Source: Macrostomum lignano | Taxonomy: Eukaryota | Length of the DNA stretch: 64,000 nucleotides | Assembly: GCA_002269645.1 (NCBI GenBank) | Contig: NIVC01001742.1 | Coordinates: 61,740-125,739, forward strand | Direction: 5' to 3' | In this document: in pieces, positions 12,712 to 25,944 of the stretch | How the letters are laid out: each line of letters begins with the position of its first letter | Numbering within the stretch: the first letter of the stretch is position 1 | Translations under genes and position numbers: made by a program | The notes under the pieces: generated by a model | Seen by the model: only the letters and a program-made list of their open reading frames with translations | What the model was told of the DNA's origin: nothing | Databases searched by the model: none

Positions 12712-14600
12712 TAACAGTTTATCTCACAGTTTATCTCACAGTTTATCTCACCGTTCATCTCCCAGTTTATCTCACAGTTTATCTCACAGTTTATCTCACC
12801 GTTCATCTCCCAGTTTATCTCACAGTTTATCTCACAGTTTATCTCACCGTTCATCTCCCAGTTTATCTCACAGTTTATCTCACAGTTTTTCTCACAGTTT
12901 ATCTCACAGTTTTTCTCACAGTTTATCTCACAGTTTTTCTCACAGTTTATCTCACAGTTTTTCTCACAGTTTATCTCACAGTTTTTCTCACAGTTTATCT
13001 CACAGTTTTTCTCACAGTTTATCTCACAGTTTTTCTCACCGTTCATCTCCCAGTTTATCTCATAGTTTATCTCACCGTTTATCTAACATTTTATTTCACT
13101 GTTCATCTCACCGTTTATCTAACATTTTATCTCACTGTTCATCTAACCGTTTATCTAACATTTTATCTCACTGTTCATCTAACCGTTTATCTAACATTTT
13201 ATCTCACTGTTCATCTCACCGTTTATCTAACATTTTATCTCACTGTTCATCTAACCGTTTATCTAACATTTTATCTCACTGTTCATCTAACCGTTTATCT
13301 AACATTTTATCTCACTGTTCATCTAACCGTTTATCTAACATTTTATCTCACTGTTCATCTAACCGTTTATCTAACATTTTATCTCACTGTTCATCTAACC
13401 GTTTATCTAACATTTTATCTCACTGTTCATCTAACCGTTTATCTAACATTTTATCTCACTGTTCATCTCACCGTTTATCTAACATTTTATCTCACTGTTC
13501 ATCTAACCGTTTATCTAACATTTTATCTCACTGTTCATCTAACCGTTTATCTAACATTTTATCTCACTGTTCATCTAACCGTTTATCTAACATTTTATCT
13601 CACTGTTCATCTCACCGTTTATCTAACATTTTATCTCACTGTTCATCTCCCAGTTTATCTCATAGTTTATCTCACCGTTTATCTAACATTTTATCTCACT
13701 GTTCATCTCACCGTTTATCTAACATTTTATCTCACTGTTCATCTAACCGTTTATCTAACATTTTATCTCACTGTTCATCTAACCGTTTATCTAACATTTT
13801 ATCTCACTGTTCATCTAACCGTTTATCTAACATTTTATCTCACTGTTCATCTAACCGTTTATCTAACATTTTATCTCACTGTTCATCTCCCAGTTTATCT
13901 CATAGTTTATCTCACCGTTTATCTAACATTTTATCTCACTGTTCATCTCACCGTTTATCTAACATTTTATCTCACTGTTCATCTAACCGTTTATCTAACA
14001 TTTTATCTCACTGTTCATCTAACCGTTTATCTAACATTTTATCTCACTGTTCATCTAACCGTTTATCTAACATTTTATCTCACTGTTCATCTAACCGTTT
14101 ATCTAACATTTTATCTCACTGTTCATCTAACCGTTTATCTAACATTTTATCTCACTGTTCATCTAACCGTTTATCTAACATTTTATCTCACTGTTCATCT
14201 CACCGTTCATCTAACATTTTATCTCACTGTTCATCTCACCGTTCATCTAACATTTTATCTCACTGTTCATCTAACCGTTTATCTAACATTTTATCTCACT
14301 GTTCATCTAACCGTTTATCTAACATTTTATCTCACTGTTCATCTAACCGTTTATCTAACATTTTATCTCACTGTTCATCTCACCGTTCATCTAACATTTT
14401 ATCTCACTGTTCATCTCACCGTTCATCTAACATTTTATCTCACTGTTCATCTCACCGTTTATCTAACATTTTATCTCACTGTTCATCTCCCAGTTTATCT
14501 CACAGTTTTTCTCACTGTTTATCTCATAGTTTTTCTCACAGTTTTCTCACAGTTTATCTCACAGTTTATCTCACCGTTTATCTTACCGTTTATCTCACCG
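12712..14600. repeat. 12-bp minisatellite (tttatctcacag) with a central 36-bp higher-order unit
   Basis: Outer 12-mers; inner 36-mer ctcactgttcatctaaccgtttatctaacattttat, about 40 copies. Confidence 0.95.
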
Positions 14601-15339
14601 TTTAGCTTACTGTTTATGGAGAGATTTTATCTCTATGTTTAATCACATTTCATCTTACGGTCTTGCCGTATCCCCAACTCCTTGTCAACCATATAAAAAA
14701 TTTATGCTGAAAGCAGCTTGCACGTGCAACCTTTCCCTAATTAATCTGCACTTCTAATTCAATGCTAATTTTTTAATCGAAGCACTACTACCATTCGAAA
14801 ATCGTTAACATCCTTTTTTCAATCGAGAAATCCAATTCATTCATCTCATCATCAGCAGTGCCGGGGGATTCGTCAGAGCTGTGCCCCCCCCCAGATTTAC
14901 GATCTGAGAGTATCCGGGATAGTGATAATTCGCACTATGGTTAATCCTCACGCCTACAGCAGATAGATGAATTGTGTTGCTAGGCGAGTCCGGGGAGACC
15001 AGCCGCCGGGGACAAAAAGATGTTCTTCCCCTCCTCTCTGCAATTTTCCCCCATGCCAGCCGCGCTCAGAAATATGAGACGGTTGGGGGATCATTTAGGC
15101 TGAATAAGCCGGCGATAGGATTTCAGAGCGTTGCGGGGAAAATGACCGACCGACTGACCGCTCCGCTGCTCGAGCTGCAGCCTGATGCTCACAATTTTCA
15201 TTGACGAGAGCGGGCACAGATCTTCATCTGATTCTCTTCATCAGGAGTCCCTGTGCGGCGCAGAAACCAATGAAGAGGAACCCGCGCTCTCTCCAATGTG
15301 TGCTCAGATTGCAGCGAGACTGCGAATAGCATGGCTTAT

Positions 15340-15622
15340 CTCAGTTCTCACCCTCTGCCTGTCTCATCCTCTGCCTGTCTCACCCTCTGCCTGTCTCACC
15401 CTCTGCCTGTCTCACCCTCTGCCTGTCTCACCCTCTGCCTGTCTCACCCTCTGCCTGTCTCACCTTCTGCCTGTCTCATCCTCTGCCTGTCTCACCCTCT
15501 CACTGTCTCACCCTCTGCCTGTCTCACCCTCTGCCTGTCTCACCCTCTGCCTCTCCCTGTCTTATTCTCTTTCTGTCTCATTTTCTTCCTGTCTTACTCT
15601 CTCTCTCTCTTAGCTCTCTCTT

Positions 15623-15667
<45 letters not shown>
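15340..15667. repeat. 16-bp minisatellite (ctgcctgtctcaccct) decaying into (CT)n
   Basis: Direct inspection. Confidence 0.9.
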
Positions 15668-15668
<1 letters not shown>

Positions 15669-16164
15669 GCACACCCGGTCCAGTTGACTCGCACTGTTCA
15701 AGCCTCACCTCTGACCCGCTGCACACGCTCCCGGATAGCGTACGGGCTGGAATTTCTTTCCGAACGATACGGACTGCGATTAGAAATCAGCCAAAAATAT
15801 CTGATATTCGTGTCTGTATGATTGAGAGAAAATGTTAAAAGCCATCTATAATTTCTATTCGAGTCTCATCCGGCAACTGACAAGCGGATTATGAATAAGT
15901 TTTTCTTACCTAGAAATCTTAGAAATTTTCGAAAATGAAAAAAGTAGCCGAACAGCCTCGATACTCGCTCGCACATCCGGGGACGCACAGTTGTAGCATT
16001 CTGGGCTCGGGTTCATTCTTAATCTGGTTTAAATCTTCTTTTTCAAAGCATTGCATACGCTCGTAGAGTCGCTCGGACTATAATTTGAAGTGCTGATAAT
16101 AGCTACTGATAAACACAAAATTGATGTATCATTATAAGCACTCAGTTGGTACTGGTAAACAAAC

Positions 16165-16860
16165 TAATAGTGCTGATAAACACACAATCGTTATGGATAA
16201 ACACACAATCGTTATGGATAAACACACAATCGTTATTGATAAACACAATCGGTACTGATAAACACACAATCGTTTTGGATAAACACACAATCGGTACTGA
16301 TAAACACACAATCGTTTTGGATAAACACACAATCGGTACTGATAAACACACAATCGTTTTGGATAAACACACAATCGGTACTGATAAACACACAATCGTT
16401 TTGGATAAACACACAATCGGTACTGATAAACACACAATCGTTTTGGATAAACACACAATCGTTTTGGATAAACACACAATCGTTATGGATAAACACACAA
16501 TCGTTATGGATAAACACACAATCGTTACTGATAAACACACAATCGTTATGGATAAACGCACAATCGTTATGGATAAACACACAATCGTTACTGATAAACA
16601 CACAATCGTTATGGATAAACACACAATCGTTACTGATAAACACACAATCGTTATGGATAAACACACAATCGTTACTGATAAACACACAATCGTTATGGAT
16701 AAACACACAATCGTTACTGATAAACACACAATCGTTATGGATAAACACACAATCGTTATGGATAAACACACAATCGTTACTGATAAACACACAATCGTTA
16801 TGGATAAACGCACAATCGTTATGGATAAACACACAATCGTTACGGATAAACAAACAATTG
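16165..16860. repeat. 21-bp minisatellite (gataaacacacaatcgttatg) with 42-bp alternation
   Basis: Period 21, about 33 copies. Confidence 0.95.
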
Positions 16861-17479
16861 GTGCTGTTAGAAATTTATCCAGTACAAATAAACACAACTG
16901 CAATTTGAGTAGTCAGACAGTTGAGTCATAAAAAATAAGGGCCACAAAACTCTATAAACCAGCAATTTTACAGGTCAGCTTCATCCGTCACTGTAACAGG
17001 AAATTTGTAGTTAAACCAGAAACGCAAGACGCGAGAAGCAAAGAACTGATGAGTCAAACAATACTAAAAAAGGATATTCCCAATGCAAAAGTAGGTGCTA
17101 ATTTTGAGTTAGAGACAAGGCCAAAGATGAAGAGGAATGCCCTAAGGATGGAAAGAGCTCCACAGTGCATCTGGGTTGAGGACGGCTGGCATGCAGATCT
17201 GTGCAGTGTGGCCGTGCTCATTTATCAAGCCAACACAGTAGTTACGATCTAGGAGAGGAATGAAATAACATCCTTCTTTTCATCTCGGTATATCTTACAA
17301 TAAGTACATGATGTGTCAGTTGAAGTCCGCAAACTTTCACATTAAATATTGATAGACATTTCTGACGATTTGCAATTCAAGTGCAGAGCAAACTGATCTT
17401 TAGCTTTAGTCAACAAGTTTGGGTCTGATTGGCCTTCAAATTGTTATGTTTTGTTTGCCTGCCTTTGATTTCGTCTGTA

Positions 17480-17597
17480 ACTGTCTGTCTGTGTCTGTCA
17501 GTGTCTCTCTGTGTGTCTGTTTTTGTGTCCGTCTGTGTGTCTGTCAGTGTGTCTGTTTGTGTGTCTGTGTCTGTCTGTGTGTCTGTTTGTGTGTCTG

Positions 17598-17640
<43 letters not shown>

Positions 17641-17795
17641 ATGTCTGTCTGTCTGTCTGTTTGACTGTCTGTCTGTCTGTCTCTGTCTGTTTGTCTTTCT
17701 GTCTGTCTGTCTGTCTGTCTTTCTTTCTGTCTGTCTGTCTTTCTGTCTGTCTGCCTGCCTGTCTCTCTCTCTGTCTGTCTGTGTGTCTGTCTGTG

Positions 17796-17860
<65 letters not shown>

Positions 17861-17900
17861 GCCTGACTGTCTGTCTGTCTGTCTGCCTGTCTGTCTGTCA
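17480..17900. repeat. (TGTC)n / (TG)n microsatellite
   Basis: Direct inspection. Confidence 0.95.
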
Positions 17901-18539
17901 GTCGCTAATTGAATCATTAGTCAATGAGTTACTGGTAAAAGAAACAATCGAAAGCATAGGAAATTCAAACCTTTAACCAGCGCGTGCAGTTCTCCGCTCT
18001 GATTTTTCCCTCGATTTTGCCGTCTCATCTGGCGTTCACGGGGCCAGTGGGAAAATTGCAGAGAGCAGCAATCTGGCATCGGAACACAGACAATGCGGAT
18101 GCTGGGAGAGGGAAGGTGAAAATTAGATTACCTACTAGAGGCAGAAGTTTGCGGCTGGGAGATCGCCCCCGCAGGCAGTGGAGGTGGCCGGCCGCGGACA
18201 GGGCAGAGTTAGTTAGCAGCTAATTGACCAAGGTCTATGAGGCTTGGGCTGCGGCAGTTCCAAATACCTGAGACCGGATGAAGCCCTAATTATCTGCTGC
18301 CGGGATGCTGGGACGCCAGCGCTCAAGCCTAGGCATTTGTACAGCCCCCGATGATGAATGCAATAATAGAAAGTTGTGCGTTTGAGTAAACAGAGAGCAA
18401 TATACTTTCACTGATTTCATTTCTTCACTGAGTGACACAGAATAAGATAATTTTATTAGTGCTACTTGATTGTTCAATTATTGATTGACGACTGTGGCGA
18501 TTTTTAGCAATGCAGCGAAACGAACCTGTAAATTCTAGA

Positions 18540-19400
18540 TGATAATAGTGGCGCTCAATCTAAATGATAGTGGATTAGTAGCGCCAAGTCTAAATGATAG
18601 TGGCGCCCAATCTAAATGACAGTAGCGCCAAGTCTAAATGATTTTGGCGCTAATTCTAAGAGAGTAGCGCCAAATCTAAATGATAGTGGCGCCCAATCTA
18701 AATGATAGTAGCGCCAAGTCTACATGTAAATGATATTGGCGCCAAGTCTAAATGATAGTAGCGCCAAGTCTAAATGATAGTAGCGCCAAGTCTAAATGAT
18801 GGTGGCGCCAAGTCTAAATGATAGTGGCGCCAAGTCTAAATGATAGTAGCGCCAAGTCTAAATGATGGTGGCGCCAAGTCTAAATGATAGTGGCGCCAAG
18901 TCTAAATGATAGTAGCGCCAAGTCTAAATGATAGTAGCGCCAAGTCTAAATGATGGTGGCGCCAAGTCTAAATGATAGTGGCGCCAAGTCTAAATGATGG
19001 TGGCGCCAAGTCTAAATGATTGTATCGCCAAGTCTAAATGATTGTAGCCCCCAATTCAAAATGATAGTGGCGCCAAATCTAAACGATAATGACGCCAAGT
19101 CTAAATGATTTGATGAAATCAAATTTTGATGAATCAGATTTTGATGAAGTCTTGATGAAAATGACGCAAATTAAAAATTATTGCGGCGCCAAGTCTAAAA
19201 GATGGTGGTGCCAAGTCTAAATGATGGTGGCGCCAAGTCTAAATGATGGTGGCGCCAAGTCTAAATGATGGTGGCGCCAAGTCTAAATGATAGTGGCGCC
19301 AAGTCTAAATGATAGTGGCGCCAAGTCTAAATGATAATGGCGCCAAGTCTAAATGGTGGTGGCGCCAAGTCTAAATGACAGTGGCGCCAAGTCTAAACGC
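18540..19400. repeat. 22-bp minisatellite (agtggcgccaagtctaaatgat)
   Basis: Period 22 (18739, 18761); two blocks separated by ~100 bp of unique sequence. Confidence 0.93.
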
Positions 19401-19757
19401 ACAGCAGTAGACTTCGGCGCTGCTAGCATTCTCAAACTGGGACAAAATAATTAGAAGTACACAAAATTAATTTACTAAACTCAAAAGCTGCCCAATGCAA
19501 ATTCATAAGTTTTCTTTTTATTTTATGCATTGGTATAGTGGTATCAGATTGTAGTTACGAGCTAGTTGTCAGGCAGTCTTATTTCGTGTTAAGCAGCGAA
19601 AAAAAGCCCGGCAACAGGACCGAGCGAAACTACAGAATGTACTTTTGATACAAGCAAAACAACTATAGGCTGTGTGCTGGTCGCAGATGAGCAAATGACA
19701 ATGAATAACACGCAGGTTTTAGTAGCTCTGATGAGTAAAATAAATAACTCGAAAAAA

Positions 19758-20860
19758 GATTGATAATTGAGAAACAGGGATTGATAATTGAGAAACAGGG
19801 ATTGATAATTGAGAAACAGGGATTGATAATTGAGAAACAGGGATTGATAATTGAGAAACAGGGATTGATAATTGAGAAACAGGGATTGATAATTGAGAAA
19901 CAGGGATTGATAATTGAGAAACAGGGATTGATAATTGAGAAACAGGGATTGATAATTGAGAAACAGGGATTGATAATTGAGAAACAGGGATTGATAATTG
20001 AGAAACAGGGATTGATAATTGAGAAACAGGGATTGATAATTGATAAACAGGGATTGATAATTGAGAAACAGGGATTGATAATTGAGAAACAGGGATTGAT
20101 AATTGAGAAACAGGGATTGATAATTGAGAAACAGGGATTGATAATTGAGAAACAGGGATTGATAATTGAGAAACAGGGATTGATAATTGATAAACAGGGA
20201 TTGATAATTGAGAAACAGGGATTGATAATTGAGAAACAGGGATTGATAATTGAGAAACAGGGATTGATAATTGAGAAACAGGGATTGATAATTGAGAAAC
20301 AGGGATTGATAATTGAGAAACAGGGATTGATAATTGAGAAACAGGGATTGATAATTGAGAAACAGGGATTGATAATTGAGAAACAGGGATTGATAATTGA
20401 GAAACAGGGATTGATAATTGAGAAACAGGGATTGATAATTGAGAAACAGGCATTGATAATTGAGAAACAGGGATTGATAATTGAGAAACAGGGATTGATA
20501 ATTGAGAAACAGGCATTGATAATTGAGAAACAGGGATTGATAATTGAGAAACAGGGATTGATAATTGAGAAACAGGGATTGATAATTGAGAAACAGGGAT
20601 TGATAATTGAGAAACAGGGATTGATAATTGAGAAACAGGGATTGATAATTGAGAAACAGGGATTGATAATTGAGAAACAGGCATTGATAATTGAGAAACA
20701 GGGATTGATAATTGAGAAACAGGGATTGATAATTAAGAAACAGGGATTGATAATTGAGAAACAGGGATTGATAATTGAGAAACAGGGATTGATAATTGAG
20801 AAACAGGGATTGATAATTGAGAAACAGGCATTGATAATTGAGAAACAGGGATTGATAATT
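19758..20860. repeat. 21-bp highly homogeneous minisatellite (gattgataattgagaaacagg)
   Basis: About 52 near-identical copies; source of the LIIEKQG ORF. Confidence 0.96.
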
Positions 20861-21124
20861 GTTTCAGATGTTTGAGAAGCAGGACAATTGAGAAATTATT
20901 GAATAGAGGTGCCGTTACAATTGCAATTAATGCCAAAATTTAAAAGGCTGAAAATGTTGATATTCTGAACAGAGAGTTGCTAAAATTACAAGCACGAGTG
21001 ACAGATAAAATCAAAAACTTTGATTAAACTTAGAATAAGCTGTACCATAAGCTTCCAGTGACTTGTACACGTGCGAAGCAGTCAGACAAGACAACAACTC
21101 AATCGATGCAGTCCTAGAAGGAAA

Positions 21125-22405
21125 TCACAACTGACTGTCGGCAATGGAGTACCTGTTGCCCAGGCCTCCGCCGGTGCCACCGCCCCCGATTCGACACCCC
21201 TGGGTAAACGGATCGCCGCCGTTTAGGCCGGCGTCTCCAGCTCGACGCCTGGCGAACGAGCGTCGGCACAGCCGGTCCAGCCGCAGCAGCTTGTTGAAAG
21301 CGTGCCGGAATTCCCGATTGAAAAAGGCGTAAATAAGCGGATTCAGCGAGGAGTTGAAGTAGCCAATCCAGAATAGAATTTCGACCAGAACCTCCGGGTA
21401 GGGGCAGGAGCGGCACACGGCCTGGGTGATGGTGTACCAGCTGAAGAAGGGCACCCAGCAGGCGATGAAGCAGCCCATGATGATGCCGAGAGTCTTAGCG
21501 GCTTTGTGCTCGCGTTTCATTCGACGACGGTCTCGATGGTTGCTAGGAGTGGATTGCTCGGAGCGCAGTTGCTGCTGCAGTTGCTGCTGCTGACCGCTTG
21601 ATGATGGGACGCAGCTGTTTGCTTCGAGCAGAGGCTTAGCAGAGCAGCCAGTCTCCGCGCTCTGCACCAGCTTCTGCATCTTGTAGATCTCCTTCTCCTG
21701 CTTGTGCGCCTCGCCGTAGATTCTAGCGTAGACGAAGGTCATTGTGACGCAGGGGATCCAGAAGGACACGGTAGAAGAGATCAGGGCGTAGACTCGGTTG
21801 ACTTCAAACACGCACAGGGTCGGGTTTAGCCTGGACTGGCGCAGACTCTCCGAGGTTGTGTAAATTCCCGTGTGTACAGGTATGTAGGAGATTAACAACG
21901 AGGCTAACCAGCTGAAGCAGATCATCAGACTGACTCGGCGCCGGGACATTCGACGTTCGTACTCGAACGGATCCATGATGGCGATGTAGCGATCGGTGCC
22001 GATGCAGCACAAGTGCAAGGTGGACGCCGTGCTGAAGAAAACGTCATTAGAATTAAAAACGTTGCACAGAACTCGGCCCAGAGGCCAGCGACCGCCGACG
22101 ATCTGCATGGCGTTGAACGGCATTACTAGCAGGGCTACGAGAAAGTCGGCGCAAGCCAGCGAAACGATGAAAGCGTTTGTCACTACAATGCGCAGCCGAC
22201 GGAACTTCAGAACGGCAACAATGACCAGCGCATTGCCGGCCAGAGCTAGCACTATTATTATGGTCATCAAGGTTGCCTTGACAACCGAAAGAGCAACGGA
22301 GTTTTCGACGGAATCGGAGTCGTCAGAGACGTTACTGGCACTACAGCTAGAGTTGTAGGCCCAAGAAGCGCTGCCTTTCAAATAATCGGAGCAGTTGGTC
22401 GGCAT
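21125..22405 (-). CDS. Class A aminergic GPCR, beta-adrenergic-like octopamine receptor (OctbetaR-like), intronless, 426 aa
   Basis: 7 TMs; TM1 GN, TM2 SLACAD, TM3 NDVFFSTAS..HLCCI.DRY with D3.32, TM5 SSTVSFWIP, TM6 REHKAAKTLGIIMG..CWVPFF, TM7 NSSLNPLIY; N-terminal sequons. Confidence 0.9.
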   Translation of the reverse strand: MPTNCSDYLKGSASWAYNSSCSASNVSDDSDSVENSVALSVVKATLMTIIIVLALAGNALVIVAVLKFRRLRIVVTNAFIVSLACADFLVALLVMPFNAMQIVGGRWPLGRVLCNVFNSNDVFFSTASTLHLCCIGTDRYIAIMDPFEYERRMSRRRVSLMICFSWLASLLISYIPVHTGIYTTSESLRQSRLNPTLCVFEVNRVYALISSTVSFWIPCVTMTFVYARIYGEAHKQEKEIYKMQKLVQSAETGCSAKPLLEANSCVPSSSGQQQQLQQQLRSEQSTPSNHRDRRRMKREHKAAKTLGIIMGCFIACWVPFFSWYTITQAVCRSCPYPEVLVEILFWIGYFNSSLNPLIYAFFNREFRHAFNKLLRLDRLCRRSFARRRAGDAGLNGGDPFTQGCRIGGGGTGGGLGNRYSIADSQL

Positions 22406-23044
22406 TCTGGTAACTTAAAAAACTCTCAAAAAATCCAAGAACCGATCAGTCATTTTTCGTAATGCCGGTTGGAAAATTGTAGATTTTCAACTGGATCGCG
22501 GCCTGCTCCGTATATGTTAGTCACGGCTCTACGCGGAACCCAACGAATCCACAATGATTGGACGGCTCAGCTGCTGAACCAATTAGATCGCTCGACTGCA
22601 GTTCGTCATTGCAGAGGGAAAGTTCTCTTCCTCTCAGAACAAAATCCTCCTTATCTGGCAGGGGATTTTGTCCCAATCCTGTCAAATTTTGTTGTTTTTC
22701 TTTGCCGAGGAGATCAAATGGCTATCTATAGCTTATACGCTTGTCAGAATGAAATATATAGCTTTGAACTCGAAGTGACCGATAATTCATTCGAGCCCTA
22801 TGATGCTCCGAGGCTGCGCACACACTCTACCTGCGGTTAGAGGACTACGGGCAGAGATGGCGACTCGTAAATTAAGCTGGCTAAATCTCGGCAACCATAG
22901 CTAGGAGCTCCGTTAGCGTAGCAACACAACAATATTTTATGCTACTGCTAGCTGTTTATCATTTGTGCTTCTCTTACACGCACATCAGTTCGCTGCAGAA
23001 TAATCTGCTGGAGTGCAAGATAAAATACCGTCCTTGCGTTGGAC

Positions 23045-23370
23045 CAGATAGAACTCTGCCAGCTGTACAAGATGGAAGTCTGCCATCTGTACAAGGTACA
23101 ACTCTGTCGACTGTACAAGATAGAATTTTGGCCATCTATACAAGATAGGATCGGACTCTGTCAACTCTACAAGATAAAACTCTGCCAGCTGTACAAGATA
23201 AGAGTCTGCCATCTGTACAAGATGGAACTCTGCCAGCTGTACAAGATAAGAACTTTTGCCAGCTGTACAAGGTACAACTCTGCCGACTGTATAAGATAGA
23301 AATTTTGCCTGCTGTACAGGATAGGATCGGACTCTGTCATCTGTACCAGATGGAACTCTGCCAGTTGTAC
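23045..23370. repeat. Degenerate ~22-bp tandem repeat (aactctgccagctgtacaagat)
   Basis: Recurring ctgtacaagat core. Confidence 0.8.
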
Positions 23371-24169
23371 AAAATACAGCAAGGTTTGCTGTATAGAACA
23401 CAGCACAAATTCTAGTATCCAAAATTATGATTGCTTTGTACCGCAAGTAAAGTTTGCTGGCACTTTATCTCGTACAGCCTCACAGAATTTCAATGTTTTT
23501 GTGTTGGAGCAAGACAAAAATGTTTTTAAAAACAAAGCGCAAAAAAGCCAAGTAAACAATAAAAGCTCGCCTATCCGAGCCTCAGAGAGGTGAAAATCGA
23601 TACCACTGGGAGGAAATTGATCCTATAAAAGTGAAAAAGGAATTAAAGATTCTCCAGAGCTCAAGGTAAAAAAATTCCAATTACTTAAAGCCCAATCAAT
23701 AAGTCTCAGCTGCATGGTTCAAGCCAGCTCAAGGTAAGCAGGCACTCCACCAAGGCTTAGTATTAAAAGCTATAAATCTAGGACTGCCACTCCGGAATAA
23801 AAATTGACTTCTTCCAACCGATGGAGAAAGCAAACTGCATTGCCAGAGCAGGGAGAATTCTCCCCATTGCTCCTAATATTTCTCCCACCTGAACTGGCCC
23901 AGAAGCGGGCCAAACGAAAGGAAATGAAAGCAAAAAAATTGAATATGCCATGCAGTCACGAAGGCAGGGGGCGGTGCAGGCAGGCTATATTTCACTGCTT
24001 GTCTCTGCCGGCCGGCACCAGGGATGCAGTTGCGCCAAAGAAATTTAACTGCAAAAGTCTCAAGTTGAAGATGAATTCGGTTATATATTAACTAAGATTT
24101 AAGAGACTCCGATACTCTTATACAGACAAAATTGAGGCCAATATAAGCGAGCCGTGTCTGCCAGCCTTC

Positions 24170-24590
24170 AAAAGACAATAAGGCGCCATGTCTAAAAGAC
24201 AATAAGGCGCCATGTCTAAAAGACAATAAGGCGCCATGTCTAAAAGACAATAAGGCGCCATGTCTAAAAGACAATAAGGCGCCATGTCTAAAAGACAATA
24301 AGGCGCCATGTCTAAAAGACAATAAGGCGCCATGTCTAAAAGACAATAAGGCGCCATGTCTAAAAGACAATAAGGCGCCATGTCTAAAAGACAAGGCGCC
24401 ATGTCTAAAAGGCAATAAGGCGCCATGTCTAAAAGACAATAAGGCGCCATGTCTAAAAGGCAATAAGGCGCCATGTCTAAAAGACAATAAGGCGCCATGT
24501 CTAAAAGACAATAAGGCGCCATGTCTAAAAGACAATAAGGCGCCATGTCTAAAAGACAATAAGGCGCCATGTCTAAAAGACATTGAGGCG
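24170..24590. repeat. 24-bp minisatellite (aaagacaataaggcgccatgtcta)
   Basis: About 17 copies. Confidence 0.95.
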
Positions 24591-25220
24591 CTAAACTGTC
24601 AAATAACGTAGCAATTAATAGGAATGACTTCGGTCTCCCAGTGGTTTGATAAAATGAAACAAAACGCATTTTTTGACAAATGTATGAATATCATTAGCTA
24701 CTCAAGTGTGTATTGTATATAAATAATTTTAGTGAAGGTTATAGTATCAATTTGTACAATAAGCAGTGTTAGTTTTCATGTACTCGTATAACAATATTAC
24801 TCAAGTTGTAATCAAACTTTAGTGTTGACAAATTTAACAGCTTTTGCTCATGATTTTGCAGCAAAAAATAATAATAAAAGGCAGACAAGAAGAAGCAATG
24901 ACAAAGAAGAGAACCTAATATTAAAATACAGAGTAAAGAACAGAATGGAAATGAGCTGAGAAAAACTACAAGCGGACAGCGAGACAGAGAAAGGGGTAGA
25001 AAAGTGGCGGCGTTTTAAATAAAAAAACAATACAAATCCGTAAATTCGCGTCCGCATTAGCCTACTAATAATGTGAGAACTCAGTAGCACAATTGGGACA
25101 GGGCAATTTGATTTATATAATTTTTGTTAGAGTACAATAATAAAGTTAAGTTAGGTTAAGCAAAAACACGGAGAAACACACCGAGGTTAAAGTTAGACAC
25201 CAGCTAGATAAAGTCTGTTA

Positions 25221-25369
25221 TTAGTAGAACCGCTTCCTATTCTCTTCCTGCTTAGTGTAGTAAAAATAAAGGCCAACAATAACTGCAGCGATGCCAATGA
25301 GAGAGAACAGGATGAGCAGGAAGATGCGAAACCCGTTCCAGCGACTGGGCACGGGTTGGTCCACGTGCT
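25221..25369 (-). CDS. LMAN2: VIP36/VIPL-like lectin, exon 6 (TM and cytosolic tail)
   Basis: HVDQPVPSRWNGFRIFLLILFSLIGIAAVIVGLYFYYTKQEENRKRFY*; acceptor ccctcag, phase 1 matching exon 5; KRFY C-terminus typical of LMAN2/LMAN2L. Confidence 0.9.
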
Positions 25370-25424
25370 CTGAGGGCCAGTGGGGTGCGGAATTCGAAAA
25401 TCAAAATCTTCTTCTTGAGCGACA

Positions 25425-25453
25425 TCGTCACACAACCGGCGATACGTACGCAG

Positions 25454-25496
<43 letters not shown>

Positions 25497-25670
25497 AGTG
25501 CACAGCGGCCCTAACTTTGTTTATCGTTAGGCATGTACACTTCACTGTGCCTTGGGGGTTGGCCCTCAAGCTGGGCGTTAATTGCACGAGCAGAGCCAAG
25601 CCGAGATTCCAATTTAGCCCCCAAATCAAAGTGACTGCACTTGGAATCGAGCCTGGGCCGCTGACACATA
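25425..25670 (-). mobile_element. tRNA-derived SINE, same family as 31113-31433
   Basis: Reverse-complement similarity to 31150-31390, including B-box ggctcgattcc; (GT)n inside. Confidence 0.8.
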
Positions 25671-25814
25671 AGAAGGCATTCTAAGGGGTGTCTTAAGACA
25701 TAACGTATATATATGCCTTTCTATGGGTGTTTAGGGGCATGAGCAAGTCGAGTACACAACTGTCTTGTGTTAGCTGCATATAATTGAATTTTGAAAGCAA
25801 AATGTTTCACCAAC

Positions 25815-25893
25815 CTCTCTCGGGCTCCGAGGCCTCCGCTGATGGCTCAATATTCCTGTAGTCGGTAGTCAGATCCCGAATATCTGAGGATCT
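25815..25893 (-). CDS. LMAN2: VIP36-like lectin, exon 5
   Basis: RSSDIRDLTTDYRNIEPSAEASEPER; ag/gt borders; 79 nt (phase 0 to 1) links exons 4 and 6; IEPS motif as in LMAN2. Confidence 0.8.
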
Positions 25894-25944
25894 CTGTCAA
25901 AAGTGTATAAGAGGCATGCTGAGGGAAATCATTTTATAGAGATT

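Noticed and set aside
12669-20875. Very long ORFs (657, 632, 371, 321, 261 aa and others)
   Set aside because: They are translations of stop-free mini- and microsatellites, open in several frames and strands, with no unique domains. The same applies to ORFs at 13-628, 8856-9702, 10430-10990, 24092-24669, 49504-50269, 52922-53681 and 63420-63930.
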